Positions 46,699-60,511 of a stretch of DNA of 64,000 bases are shown piece by piece; the first letter of the stretch is position 1, and each line of letters begins with the position of its first letter. The notes beneath the pieces were generated by a model, which was not told where the DNA came from, ran no database searches, and saw nothing but the letters and a program-made list of their open reading frames with translations. This DNA is from a virus (Duplodnaviria; Caudoviricetes), in the IMG/VR virus record IMGVR_UViG_2856153290_000001, positions 1-64,000 of that record; one strand, given 5' to 3'. Both the position numbers and the translations under genes were made by a program.

Positions 46699-47598
46699 AT
46701 GGAGCTGTACTTCGGCGAGAACGGCGACCAGCGCATTCGCGGCGACTTCATTCGTCGCGCGGTGCTGCGTTCCGACCTGGTGCCGATACCGCTCACCCTG
46801 GAGGCCGAGATCCGCGCCGGCACGGAGACCGCCGAGCACTTCGAGGTCGGGCGCTCGATCACCACCTATGACGGCGACGAGCTGGAGATCATCAAGTCCG
46901 AGTTCATCCAGCAGGCGCGCATGCAGGCCGACGACCTGGCGGGCTACGTGCGCCTCATCGCCATCCTGAAACCGGTGGTCGAGGTCGCGTTCGTCAAGCC
47001 GCGGGCCGTCATCAAGCGCGGCGCCACGCTGACCGAGGTCTACCGCGCGTGCGGGGCCACGCTGCGCGGCATCGAGGGCGACTTCGCGGTACCGCGCTTC
47101 GCCTGCCTGGCGGGAGAGGCGCATACCTACCACATTGCCCGGGCTCTACAGGAGGCGGGCGGTGTCGTGCGTTGGCGGCATGGTCGCCTGGCCTTCATTC
47201 CACTGCCGGCGCTGTTCGATCAGGAGCCGGTCGACACCATCGTCAACACCGCCTCGGATGACGTCGAATCCGGCTTCCTGGAGCGGCACGACATTCCGTG
47301 GTTCTACAGCGTGGATGCCGACGGCCAGTTCGTCTACGGCAACCGCGGCAAGCCGCGCGCGGCCCGTTTTCAGCCCGGGGTCAACGAGGTCACGCTGCGC
47401 CACATGACGGGCTGTCTGGTGCTGACCAAGAACACGCGCCTCAAGTACACGCAGAAGATCGCGGCCGGCGACCTGATCGAGGTCGTGGGCGGCGAGCCGC
47501 TGGTGGCAATGACGGTGGCCACCCTGTTCGCGCCCGGCGCGGACGGCGACGCCCCCGAACAGTTCACCCGCGTTTGGCTGGGGAGATTGGAACCATGA
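46699..47598 (+). CDS. Baseplate hub-like protein
   Basis: LRSDLVPIPLTLE; precedes the spike gene. Confidence 0.55.
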   Translation: MELYFGENGDQRIRGDFIRRAVLRSDLVPIPLTLEAEIRAGTETAEHFEVGRSITTYDGDELEIIKSEFIQQARMQADDLAGYVRLIAILKPVVEVAFVKPRAVIKRGATLTEVYRACGATLRGIEGDFAVPRFACLAGEAHTYHIARALQEAGGVVRWRHGRLAFIPLPALFDQEPVDTIVNTASDDVESGFLERHDIPWFYSVDADGQFVYGNRGKPRAARFQPGVNEVTLRHMTGCLVLTKNTRLKYTQKIAAGDLIEVVGGEPLVAMTVATLFAPGADGDAPEQFTRVWLGRLEP

Positions 47599-48059
47599 GC
47601 GGAAGCGGCCTGCTGGCCGGCAAGTGGCCGGCCGTGGTCGACAGCTACGAGGCCGACACGCGCACGTGCGTGGTCAGCATCCCGGGCATCACCGACGGCG
47701 CCGAGACCGGCCTGGTGGCGGAGATCGAGTACCCGGTCGGCGACAAGTCGCGCCACGAGACCATGACCGAAATCGAGATCCTGCCCGGCGACCTGGTGTG
47801 GGTGGAGTTCATTCAGGGCGACCCGCGCTTTCCGCTGATCACCGGTTGGCGCAACCCGACGACCGGCAACTCCGCCGGCTGGCGGCGCTGGCACCATGCC
47901 AACATGCAGCTGCTGACCGACAGCGAGATGCGCCTGCACTCCGGCGGACTGGTGCACGTCAGCGCCGGAGACAGCATCACCCTGCAGGTCGGCGGCTCGA
48001 CCATCACGCTGACGCCGGACGACATCACCCAGCTGTCCAGCATGATCAACCTCAACTGA
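47595..48059 (+). CDS. Baseplate spike (gpV/gp5 OB-fold + short beta-helix)
   Basis: PGDLVWVEFIQGDPRFPLITG; C-terminal ITLQVGGSTITLTPD. Confidence 0.8.
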   Translation: MSGSGLLAGKWPAVVDSYEADTRTCVVSIPGITDGAETGLVAEIEYPVGDKSRHETMTEIEILPGDLVWVEFIQGDPRFPLITGWRNPTTGNSAGWRRWHHANMQLLTDSEMRLHSGGLVHVSAGDSITLQVGGSTITLTPDDITQLSSMINLN

Positions 48060-48072
48060 CAAGGAGCCCGCC

Positions 48073-48555
48073 ATGGCTGCCAATCTTCTGTTTTCCTTCG
48101 ACGACCTGAGCCGCAAGGACAAGGCGGTGCGCGACGTCGAGAAGTACTTCCGGCGTGCCGGCGCCAACCCGGTGAGCGTCGACGTCGATTCGCGGGTCAA
48201 GCGCACCAGCGGCGTCAGCTACCGCGAGATCGGGCTGACGTTCAGCGACAGCCAGGTGGTCAAGCTGCGCGTGAAGCGGCCGGGCGACATCTTTCAGGTG
48301 CTGCTCAACCGCAAGGTGGTGCCGATGGCCAACCAGGACGATCACGTCAAGGCCATCGGCGAGATCGTGCAGGCCATGGACCGCGGGCGGACCGCCTTCC
48401 AGAAGCGCCTGTCCCGGGCCAGGGTCGAGCTGCCCAAGCGCATGAAGACCGCGGCGCCGCGGATGGAGAAGCGCCTGGAAGCCAAGCGCGACGCCCTGCG
48501 TGAAGCCGTCGACGACGCTCGCCAGCAGCTGGCCGAGCTGCGCCCCGTGTCCTGA
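48073..48555 (+). CDS. Hdf/DarA-related head protein
   Basis: KRTSGVSYR...FSDSQVV...GDIFQVLLN resembles the DarA N-terminal fold; C-terminal coiled coil. Confidence 0.6.
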   Translation: MAANLLFSFDDLSRKDKAVRDVEKYFRRAGANPVSVDVDSRVKRTSGVSYREIGLTFSDSQVVKLRVKRPGDIFQVLLNRKVVPMANQDDHVKAIGEIVQAMDRGRTAFQKRLSRARVELPKRMKTAAPRMEKRLEAKRDALREAVDDARQQLAELRPVS

Positions 48556-49061
48556 TGGCGGCAACCGAAACCTGGACGCCGCCGCCCGACCTGCTGTTCA
48601 GCCTGCCGGAGACCGCCGGCCCGGTGGCGTTCACGATCAGCGTGGAGGTCGAGGGCGTCGACCCCGTGACCGGCGAGCCGGCTGTCGTCGAGGTCGTCGG
48701 CTACCGGGGCTCGATCACGCCAGAGCAGGCGCTGCTGGCCATCGAGGGCGATGCCGACGGCCTGACCGTTTCGGCCGACAGCCTGGCCGGGCTGTTCCCG
48801 ATCGAGCACATCGACTATCGCCAGGACGGGCAGGTGGTGCGCGTGCCGTCCTGGGAGCAGTTGCCGGCCGAGGCTGAGGAGCTGATCGAGTACCGCCCCA
48901 GCCGAGCGCAGACGCGCGCCTACCGACTCGATGTCGTCGCCGACCTGGCCGACGGCAGCGAGGCCTACATGTCGTACCTGATCGAAGTGCATCAGGACTG
49001 GAGTGCCGGCCGTGACCGGCTGAGGAGCGAGATCGATGCCCGCCGTAACTCGACAGGGTGA
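48555..49061 (+). CDS. Hypothetical baseplate-associated protein
   Basis: Coupled ORF preceding the PAAR gene. Confidence 0.6.
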   Translation: MAATETWTPPPDLLFSLPETAGPVAFTISVEVEGVDPVTGEPAVVEVVGYRGSITPEQALLAIEGDADGLTVSADSLAGLFPIEHIDYRQDGQVVRVPSWEQLPAEAEELIEYRPSRAQTRAYRLDVVADLADGSEAYMSYLIEVHQDWSAGRDRLRSEIDARRNSTG

Positions 49062-49326
49062 TGGCTGCACCGGCCACGGTGCGTTTCCGCCGCGCAACAG
49101 CACCGAGGGCAGCCCCAACGTGATGATCAACGGCCAGCCCGCCCACCGCCAGGGCGATGCTTGGGAGTCGCACTGCAATCCGGACGGCGTCTGTCACGAC
49201 GGCGTGCTGTCCGCAGGCTCGGGCAGCGTCAACGTCAACGGCCGCCCGCTGGGGCGTATCGGCGACCCCGTGGATTGCGGCTCGGCAGTGGCGGCCGGAT
49301 CGCCCGACGTCATGGCCGGCGGCTGA
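49036..49326 (+). CDS. PAAR spike-tip protein (T4 gp5.4-like)
   Basis: TRQGD.CTGH, NGQPAHRQGD, NGRPLGRIGDPVDCG. Confidence 0.92.
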   Translation: MPAVTRQGDGCTGHGAFPPRNSTEGSPNVMINGQPAHRQGDAWESHCNPDGVCHDGVLSAGSGSVNVNGRPLGRIGDPVDCGSAVAAGSPDVMAGG

Positions 49327-49345
49327 CCACCAGGCTGCACGGCCA

Positions 49346-49386
49346 GGAAAAGCCGAGGCCGGCAGCCTGTCTCTCTCCCATAGCAT
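49346..49386 (+). promoter_or_regulatory. Late promoter motif 5
   Basis: GGAAAA-N29-TAGCAT upstream of the dar operon. Confidence 0.7.
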
Positions 49387-49442
49387 GGCCCCATCTGCGC
49401 GCCCGTCGCGGCGCCCCGATCCACCCATTACAGGGGCCTACT

Positions 49443-53591
<4,149 letters not shown>

Positions 53592-53605
53592 GGAGACACT
53601 GAGGA

Positions 53606-56600
53606 ATGAAGCGGATTTTTGACGACGCATCGGCCGGTGGCGGCGCGCAGGCGATGATGACCCGGCTCAAGCTGGTGTCGGAGCTGGGTAGGGTGCGCAA
53701 GGAGCTGATCACTCTCCCGCAGGGCATCGGCGCCATGGCTGACCGGCTGCGCCTGGTGAAGCGGGCCAACGAGGTTCGCGCCGAGCTGAAGGCGGCCACC
53801 CTGGCCGCCGACCCGGCAAAGGCGATGCAGGCCGAGCGCGAGCCGCCGGAGCCGGTAGGCGAGCCGCGCCGCCAGACCGCCGGCCTGTACAGCCACGACG
53901 AGAAGCGCACCCGGGGGCAGCGTCAGAAGGCCAACGATGCCGCTGTCGAGCTGCTCGCCAGGGTGCAGTCCGGCGAGTTGCCCCGGGACGAGATCACCGA
54001 CGAGCATCGCGCCGTGCTGGCCGGCTACTCCGGCAACGGCGGGGCGCTGGTCGGCGCCGATGGCAAGAAGGGGTCGGCCTACGAGTACTACACCCCGCCA
54101 CCAGTGGCAGAGGGCATCTGGCGCGCCCTGGCGGAGATGGGTTTTGCCGGTGGCAAGATTCTCGACCCGGCCGGCGGTACCGGCATCTTCGGCGCCTCGG
54201 CGCCACGCAATGCTGCCGTGGACGCCGTGGAGATCGACGAGACGTCCGGTGCCGTCAATGAGCTGGTCAATGGCGGTCCCGGCTATCACGTGTCGGTGGC
54301 GCCCTTCGAGCAGGTGGCGGCCGCCACGCCCGACGAGGCCTATGACGCGGTGGTCACCAACGTGCCGTTCGGTACCGTCGCCGACCGGGGCGGCAACCAG
54401 AACCTGGACCCCAAGTACCAGAAGGAGACGCTGGAGGCCTACTTCATCCTGCGCTCACTCGACAAGCTGAAGTCCGGCGGGCTGGCCGCTTTCGTCGTGC
54501 CGCCGCGCTGCGTCTCCGGGCGCGGTGGCGCCGAGGTCAAGCTACGCCAGCGGGCCAGCCTGAAGGCCGAATTCCTAGGCGCCTATCGGCTGCCCAACAG
54601 CGTGTTCGGCGCCGCCGACGCGGACACGATCACCGACGTCATCTTCTTCCGCAAGTACGGCCGCGATGCCGCGGAGAAGATCGAGGAGCTGCACGAGCAG
54701 GCGCCCGAAACCCTGGCCGAGGCCAAGGTCATGTGGAGCGAGTTCGTCGAGGGGCGCTACTTCAAGGGTGAGGGCAAGCGCTTCGTGCTCGGCGAGTTCG
54801 TGCCCAAGGATCCCGAGAAGTTCCGCGACGTCGACCGCGTGAAGAATCCGGCCAGCATTCCCGAGGTCGCCAGGCTGATCCGCCGGCTGCCTGGTAGTCG
54901 CGTGGACTGGGCGCTGCTGGAAGCGGCCGAGACGCAGCCCATCGTCTACCGTGAGGGCGATACCCTCACTCAGGCCGGGCAGACCCTGCAGATGCAGGAC
55001 GGCGAGTGGGTGCCGCTGGCGTCCGCTGACAGCGATATGCGAGGCGTCGAGCTGCTGGGGCGGTTCAAGGACGCCTACACCGCCTTCGATGCCGGCATGG
55101 GCTACGTCGATGCCGTCACGCTGCGCCAGTACATGCGCGATACCTCGCAGTCGCTGGACATGCCCGCCTGGCTGGCGTCGGCGCTGGCCGCGCTGGACAA
55201 GCTGGCCGACGACGAGGCGCGGGCGCGTGCCTGGGCGCCCGGCCTGGTGGGACTGGCCGTGTCGCAGGTGCTGGACGAGAACGGCCGCGGCAGCGGTACC
55301 GACTTCCTGACCGGCTACGCCAAGCTGTCGGCCGCCATGCGCGAACAGGCGGCCGCCGCCCGGCGCGTCAAGGGCGTGGACGGCGAGCTGCGCCGCGGGC
55401 TCGGCGAGCTGGTCACCCACTACCAGCGCAAGGCCGGATTCAGCGCGCTGTGGCGTGGCGACGTTCAGCAGGCGCCGACCATGCAGGTCAGCGCCGCCCA
55501 CGGCTTCGAGGGCCTTCTGTACGAGAACCAATCGAGCTGGACCACCCTGGAGCAGGCGCGCAGCGTGCTGGGCGACGACTTCAGCCCGTTCGACAGCGAC
55601 GACTGGTGCGTGTCCGCCGACGGCAGCCAGGTGTGCCGGGCCGACGACTACTTCGTGGGCAGCTACGCCGACTTCGTCAAGCGGATCGACGCCGAGATGG
55701 CGGCCGCGCCTGGCGAGCAGCTGCGCGCCAAGCTCATGCGACAGAAGGCGGTGGCCGCCGAGCGCATCGACCGCGTCGACGTGTCGCGCATCAGCTTCAA
55801 CCTGTTCAGCCCCTACGTCACCCTGGAAGAGAAGGCCGAGTTCCTGCGCCGCTTCGTCCACCCCAGCGCCGTGGTGGCCATCGATGAGGCCAGCGGCGAG
55901 CCGCGCATCGAGTTCGATATTCCCGGCAGCAAGCTGACCGACCGAGAGAAGCTGATTCGGCGAATCGGCGCCTACCTGCGCAACGGCACCATCACCCTGG
56001 GCGGTACCAAGCTGGACATGGGCGATGCGGCAGGCATCCGCGAGCTGCGCGCCATGGTCAACAAGGCCAACGAGCAGTTCAACGGCTGGGCGCGAGGGAA
56101 TGCGGTCGTCGTGTCGCGCCTGGAGGGGCAGGCCAACGACCCGGCCAGGCTGCGTTTCCGTCAGCCCGAGGACGAGAGCCCGCTGGCCATTCCGGGCATG
56201 AATCCCGAGCTCGAGCTGCACGGCTATCAGAACGCCTACGTGCGCTCCCGGGCCCGCGATTTCTCCGGCATCAACGGCTTCGACGTCGGGCTCGGCAAGA
56301 CCTTCACCGCCCTGGCGGTCGCCCAGTACGTGCAGGCCATCGGCGCCAAGCAGAAGACCCTGTTCGTGGTGCCCAACTCGGTGCTCTCCAACTGGCACAA
56401 GGAGGCCGTCAAGGCCTACGCGAGCATCGACGACTGCCTGTTCGTAGGCCTGCGCGACGGCGAGGTGTCGTCTGCCGCCTACGACGAAGATCTCAACCGG
56501 GTGCTGGAGAACCGCCACCGCAAGATCTTCATGACCATGGAGGCCTTCGAGCGCATCCGCCTGCGTGATGACACGATCACCGGCTACGAGTCCTACATGC

Positions 56601-59600
56601 GGTCCGCCGACCAGTCCTTCGCCGAGAGCGAGGATCGCAAGGCCGACGAGCGCGCCAAGGGCAAGGCGGCCACCATCGTCGACGTGCTGGGCAAGAAAGA
56701 GGGCGCCGCCCCCTTCCTGGAAGACATGGGCGTTGACTCGCTGGTCGTCGACGAAGCCCACGTGTTCAAGAACTCGGCGACCACCGTGGACTTCAAGGGC
56801 GGCAAGTACCTGTCGCTGTCACCGGCATCCAAGCGCGGCCTCGACGCGCAGGCCAAGGCCTGGGCGATTCGTGGTGGCGACGGCGCCCGCGGCGATGGCG
56901 TCATGCTGCTGAGCGCGACGCCCATCACCAACAGCCCGCTGGAAATCTACTCCATGATGGCCCTGGCCGTGGGTCATGACCGGGTCAACGACCTGTTCGT
57001 CGGCACCTCGGGCGCCGACGGCTTCATGAACGCCGTGTGCCAGATCGAGAACGAGGATGATGAATCGATCGACGGCGAGAGCCGCGCCATCAACGTCTTC
57101 AAGGGTCTCAACAACGTCGACATGCTGCGCGGCGCGCTGCGCCAGGTGGCCACGATCAAGAGCGCCGATGACGTCGGCAGCCAGATCAAGGTGCCGGACG
57201 CGCCGGAGCGCGCCACGCCCATCCAGTTGCCGGAGTCGACCGTCGTGCAGCTGGAGGAGTACAAGCAGGCCTATCGCTATGCCGCCGACGCCATGTCGGA
57301 GCGTGGCGAGAACCGCGGCGACCCGGCCGCCTTCGAGCGCATCGCCGGCAAGTTCGGCGAGCCGATGGAGCTCGTCGGCCATCCGTTCAACCTGATCAAC
57401 AAGATGACGATGCTCATCGCCGACCCCGATCTCGACGCCCGGGTGTCGCGCTACCTGATCAACGAGGGCGAGGAAGAGCAGGCGCGGGCACTGGTGGAGC
57501 AGTGGAACGCCAAGCCGCCGACCGAGCAGCGCACGCGCCCGGGGCCGAATGCCAGCGCCGACGAGGCGGTCAGCGTGAAGACCATCCGCGACGCCAACCG
57601 TGAGGTGGTCGGCCGCCAGTACAAGATTCCGGTCAAGGCCTGGATCGAGGGCGGCGCCATCGTGCTCGACACCGTGAGCGCTGACACGCAGGAGCGTTTC
57701 GAGACCATGGCCGGCAAGGCGGGCGTCGAGCTCGACGTCTCGGTACCGCCCAAGCTGGCGGCCCTGCTCGAGAACTTCCAGACCGAGGCGGCAACGCCCC
57801 GCGGCGTGGATGCCGACGGCAACCGCACGCCCCATGCCAAGCAGATCATCTTTTGCGACCTGCTGGGCATGCACAACAAGATCCGCCGGCTGCTTGTGCG
57901 CCGGGCCGGCGTGCCGGAGGCGGCCATCGCCGTCGTCACCGGGCAGCGCAACAACAGCCCGGAGGAGATCATGGCGGTGCAGGACGGCTTCAACGCCCCG
58001 GGCGAGGCCAACAAGTACCGCGTGATCATCGCCAACGAGAAGGCGGAGGTCGGCATCAACCTGCAGAAGGGCACGCAGGCCATCCATCACCTGACCATTG
58101 GCTGGACGCCGGACAGCCTGACCCAGCGCAACGGCCGCGGCGTGCGCCAGGGCAACAAGACCGAGCAGGTCACGGTCTACCACTACGACGCCGACGGCAC
58201 CTTCGACACCGCCAAGCGTTCCCTGGTCAACAGCAAGGCCGACTGGATCGGCGCCATGATGAAGCCCGACGGCGGCGACAGCCTGGCCATCAGCGGCGGC
58301 ATGAGTCGCGAGCAGATGGAGGCGCTGATCGACGTCGTCGGCGACGCTGACGCGGTGACGCGCATTCAGGAGGCGATGGCCGCCAAGGAGGCCGAGCGCC
58401 GGGCGACCACCAATCGCGAGCGTCAGCGCATCAACCTGGACACCATCGACAAGCAGAACCGCTTCCTCGAGGAGAATGCGTCGGCGGCCGACTGGGTGGC
58501 GCGCAAGGTGGGGCAGCTGATGTCCGCCATGGCTCAGACCGAGAAGGTGCGCAAGCGGCTGTCACGCGCCAAGTCGGAGTCGTCGCGGGCCAAGAACGAG
58601 AGCCTGCTGGCCGAAATGGAAGTCAGGGAGCGTGGCTTGCAGCGCCAGATCGAGGAGGCGGCGACCTTCCATCGGGCGAGCTACAACTATCAGACCCGCC
58701 AAGCCGAGCGGCTGGACGACGACCCGCTGAGCGTCCGCGAGGTGGTGACCACCTTCCTGGATCGCGCCAAGCGCGGCGAGAACCGCGCGTCCGACCTGGT
58801 GGCGGCGCTGCGCAGCGGGCGCCTGGGTTACGGCGCGGTCGACATCGCCGTCAACGAGGAGGCGGAGCTGGTCAACGAGTGGGAGTCCGAGGTCGACATG
58901 GCGCGCCAGATGCGCCGCCAGGCGGTGGAGAGCTATCAACGCCAGGCCAAGGAGGCCGGCGGCCTGCCGGCCGGCGTCGCCGAGGCCTTCGCTGCCGACA
59001 AGGGCGTGATGGTGGCCGACCGGCCGGTGATTGCCGAGTGCTTCATCACCGTCGATGACGACCTGTTCGCGGTCAGCCCCGAGTCCCTGGCGCAGTTTCG
59101 CCCCAGTGCGGTCGGCTACGTCGACGGCCGAGAGCAGCGGGCTACGCTGGCCGCCCTGGTGCCGCTGGGCGACGTTGCCTACCCTGGCAGCCGTGAGCAC
59201 GATGCCTGCCTGGTGCGCGCGGCCGCGATGGAGGATGCCGCCGAGCGCGATGGCCAGACGCTGCGCCTCTACACCGATGCCTGCCCCGAGGTGGCCACGC
59301 GCCGCGAGACCACGGTCATGGCGCGCTATTCGGCCCGCGACTACTCGCTGCCGGCGCCGCACTTCCCGATTCCGCTGGATCCGGAGCGCGTCACCCCGGA
59401 CTCCCCGGCGCTGGCTCGCATCGTCGACGAGCAGCGTCAGCTGATCGAGCGCTGGGAAGGCATGAGCTTCGTGGTGGCCGGCGATGTCGAGGTCGCGCGC
59501 GGCCAGCCCGGCCTGGTAGAAGCCCTGCGCGACTATGCCATCGCCCACGGACTGAAAGTCACGCTGGCCGACTTCGGCCCCGGGCAGATGTTCCGCCTCA

Positions 59601-60040
59601 AGCAGGTGGTGCGCGAGCACTTCGACGACGCGGCGTTCGAGGCGGCCCTGGTCGGCGAAACCGGTGAGGAGATCGGGCGCAGCGTCGAGCGCTATGTGAC
59701 GAGTGCGGTGCCGTGGTTCGACTTCGAGGGCGAGGCACAGTCATACTTGCCGCCACACCTGCAGCACCGGGCAACGATGGCGGTCGCCGACAGGGCGCCG
59801 GCCGAGGAGCCGGGCGAGCCGGTGCCGGCCGTCAGCGACGACGGCGACCCTGACGAGATGGTGCTGGTCGAGGGCGAGACCCGCGCGTGGAAGGACCGCA
59901 TCAAGGAGTACGGTACCCGTCACGGCAGCTATCGGCGCTGGATGCGCAAGGAGACGGCATGGCGCGTTCGCCGCCGGGCCTGGAACGCACTGCTCGCCGA
60001 CTTCCCGCGGGCGGCGGAAGAACTCAACCTGAGGGCCTGA
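53606..60040 (+). CDS. darB: DarB-like protein: N6-MTase + SNF2 helicase
   Basis: ILDPAGGTGIF and VVTNVPF MTase motifs; FDVGLGKT, DEAH, SATP, GINLQ, QRNGRGVRQGN helicase motifs; 2144 aa. Confidence 0.88.
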   Translation: MKRIFDDASAGGGAQAMMTRLKLVSELGRVRKELITLPQGIGAMADRLRLVKRANEVRAELKAATLAADPAKAMQAEREPPEPVGEPRRQTAGLYSHDEKRTRGQRQKANDAAVELLARVQSGELPRDEITDEHRAVLAGYSGNGGALVGADGKKGSAYEYYTPPPVAEGIWRALAEMGFAGGKILDPAGGTGIFGASAPRNAAVDAVEIDETSGAVNELVNGGPGYHVSVAPFEQVAAATPDEAYDAVVTNVPFGTVADRGGNQNLDPKYQKETLEAYFILRSLDKLKSGGLAAFVVPPRCVSGRGGAEVKLRQRASLKAEFLGAYRLPNSVFGAADADTITDVIFFRKYGRDAAEKIEELHEQAPETLAEAKVMWSEFVEGRYFKGEGKRFVLGEFVPKDPEKFRDVDRVKNPASIPEVARLIRRLPGSRVDWALLEAAETQPIVYREGDTLTQAGQTLQMQDGEWVPLASADSDMRGVELLGRFKDAYTAFDAGMGYVDAVTLRQYMRDTSQSLDMPAWLASALAALDKLADDEARARAWAPGLVGLAVSQVLDENGRGSGTDFLTGYAKLSAAMREQAAAARRVKGVDGELRRGLGELVTHYQRKAGFSALWRGDVQQAPTMQVSAAHGFEGLLYENQSSWTTLEQARSVLGDDFSPFDSDDWCVSADGSQVCRADDYFVGSYADFVKRIDAEMAAAPGEQLRAKLMRQKAVAAERIDRVDVSRISFNLFSPYVTLEEKAEFLRRFVHPSAVVAIDEASGEPRIEFDIPGSKLTDREKLIRRIGAYLRNGTITLGGTKLDMGDAAGIRELRAMVNKANEQFNGWARGNAVVVSRLEGQANDPARLRFRQPEDESPLAIPGMNPELELHGYQNAYVRSRARDFSGINGFDVGLGKTFTALAVAQYVQAIGAKQKTLFVVPNSVLSNWHKEAVKAYASIDDCLFVGLRDGEVSSAAYDEDLNRVLENRHRKIFMTMEAFERIRLRDDTITGYESYMRSADQSFAESEDRKADERAKGKAATIVDVLGKKEGAAPFLEDMGVDSLVVDEAHVFKNSATTVDFKGGKYLSLSPASKRGLDAQAKAWAIRGGDGARGDGVMLLSATPITNSPLEIYSMMALAVGHDRVNDLFVGTSGADGFMNAVCQIENEDDESIDGESRAINVFKGLNNVDMLRGALRQVATIKSADDVGSQIKVPDAPERATPIQLPESTVVQLEEYKQAYRYAADAMSERGENRGDPAAFERIAGKFGEPMELVGHPFNLINKMTMLIADPDLDARVSRYLINEGEEEQARALVEQWNAKPPTEQRTRPGPNASADEAVSVKTIRDANREVVGRQYKIPVKAWIEGGAIVLDTVSADTQERFETMAGKAGVELDVSVPPKLAALLENFQTEAATPRGVDADGNRTPHAKQIIFCDLLGMHNKIRRLLVRRAGVPEAAIAVVTGQRNNSPEEIMAVQDGFNAPGEANKYRVIIANEKAEVGINLQKGTQAIHHLTIGWTPDSLTQRNGRGVRQGNKTEQVTVYHYDADGTFDTAKRSLVNSKADWIGAMMKPDGGDSLAISGGMSREQMEALIDVVGDADAVTRIQEAMAAKEAERRATTNRERQRINLDTIDKQNRFLEENASAADWVARKVGQLMSAMAQTEKVRKRLSRAKSESSRAKNESLLAEMEVRERGLQRQIEEAATFHRASYNYQTRQAERLDDDPLSVREVVTTFLDRAKRGENRASDLVAALRSGRLGYGAVDIAVNEEAELVNEWESEVDMARQMRRQAVESYQRQAKEAGGLPAGVAEAFAADKGVMVADRPVIAECFITVDDDLFAVSPESLAQFRPSAVGYVDGREQRATLAALVPLGDVAYPGSREHDACLVRAAAMEDAAERDGQTLRLYTDACPEVATRRETTVMARYSARDYSLPAPHFPIPLDPERVTPDSPALARIVDEQRQLIERWEGMSFVVAGDVEVARGQPGLVEALRDYAIAHGLKVTLADFGPGQMFRLKQVVREHFDDAAFEAALVGETGEEIGRSVERYVTSAVPWFDFEGEAQSYLPPHLQHRATMAVADRAPAEEPGEPVPAVSDDGDPDEMVLVEGETRAWKDRIKEYGTRHGSYRRWMRKETAWRVRRRAWNALLADFPRAAEELNLRA

Positions 60041-60041
60041 C

Positions 60042-60461
60042 ATGGCATTCACTGAACACCTGTTCGACAAGGACGACATCAAGGCGCTGGCCCGGCAACG
60101 GGCCGCCGCCCTCAAGGAGAATCGCGGCTTCTCCGACTTCCCCGGGTTCGCGCTCGGCGTGATCGAGCGCCGCCTGGCCAAGGACCCGCTTCGGTACCGG
60201 GACTACGGGCCGTACTGGTGGGCGGTCAAGGCGCTGATGATCGACAGCGGACGGGAGCTGGGCGAACGCGACGACCCGATGGTGCGCGCCGCCTACCAGG
60301 GCGACAGTCGCGAGGAGACCATCGTCATGGCCGACGAATTCCGCACCCTGTACCTGGCCACACAGGCCGTGGGTACCAACCAGTTCCTGCTCGACGGCGA
60401 GTCCGGCGACCTCTACACCCTCGAAGACGAGGACATGGAATCCCGCCTGCCCGGCACCTAA
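60042..60461 (+). CDS. ulx: Ulx-like DarB packaging helper
   Basis: RLAKDPLRYRDYGPYW motif, recalled as similar to P1 Ulx; immediately downstream of darB as in P1. Confidence 0.7.
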   Translation: MAFTEHLFDKDDIKALARQRAAALKENRGFSDFPGFALGVIERRLAKDPLRYRDYGPYWWAVKALMIDSGRELGERDDPMVRAAYQGDSREETIVMADEFRTLYLATQAVGTNQFLLDGESGDLYTLEDEDMESRLPGT

Positions 60462-60464
60462 GCC

Positions 60465-60505
60465 GGAAAACCCCGCGCTGACCCACCCCCGGCATGGCCC
60501 ACCAT
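60465..60505 (+). promoter_or_regulatory. Late promoter motif 6
   Basis: GGAAAA-N29-CACCAT, with the portal ATG beginning 7 nt after the -10 element. Confidence 0.65.
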
Positions 60506-60511
60506 CGGGCC

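Noticed and set aside
47595-49326. Spike + PAAR + sheath/tube as a T6SS, tailocin or eCIS
   Set aside because: Capsid, portal and terminase are present, so this is a phage tail
53606-60040. MTase-helicase as a restriction-modification or DISARM/BREX component
   Set aside because: Context (DarA-like, Ulx-like, portal, late promoter) indicates DarB
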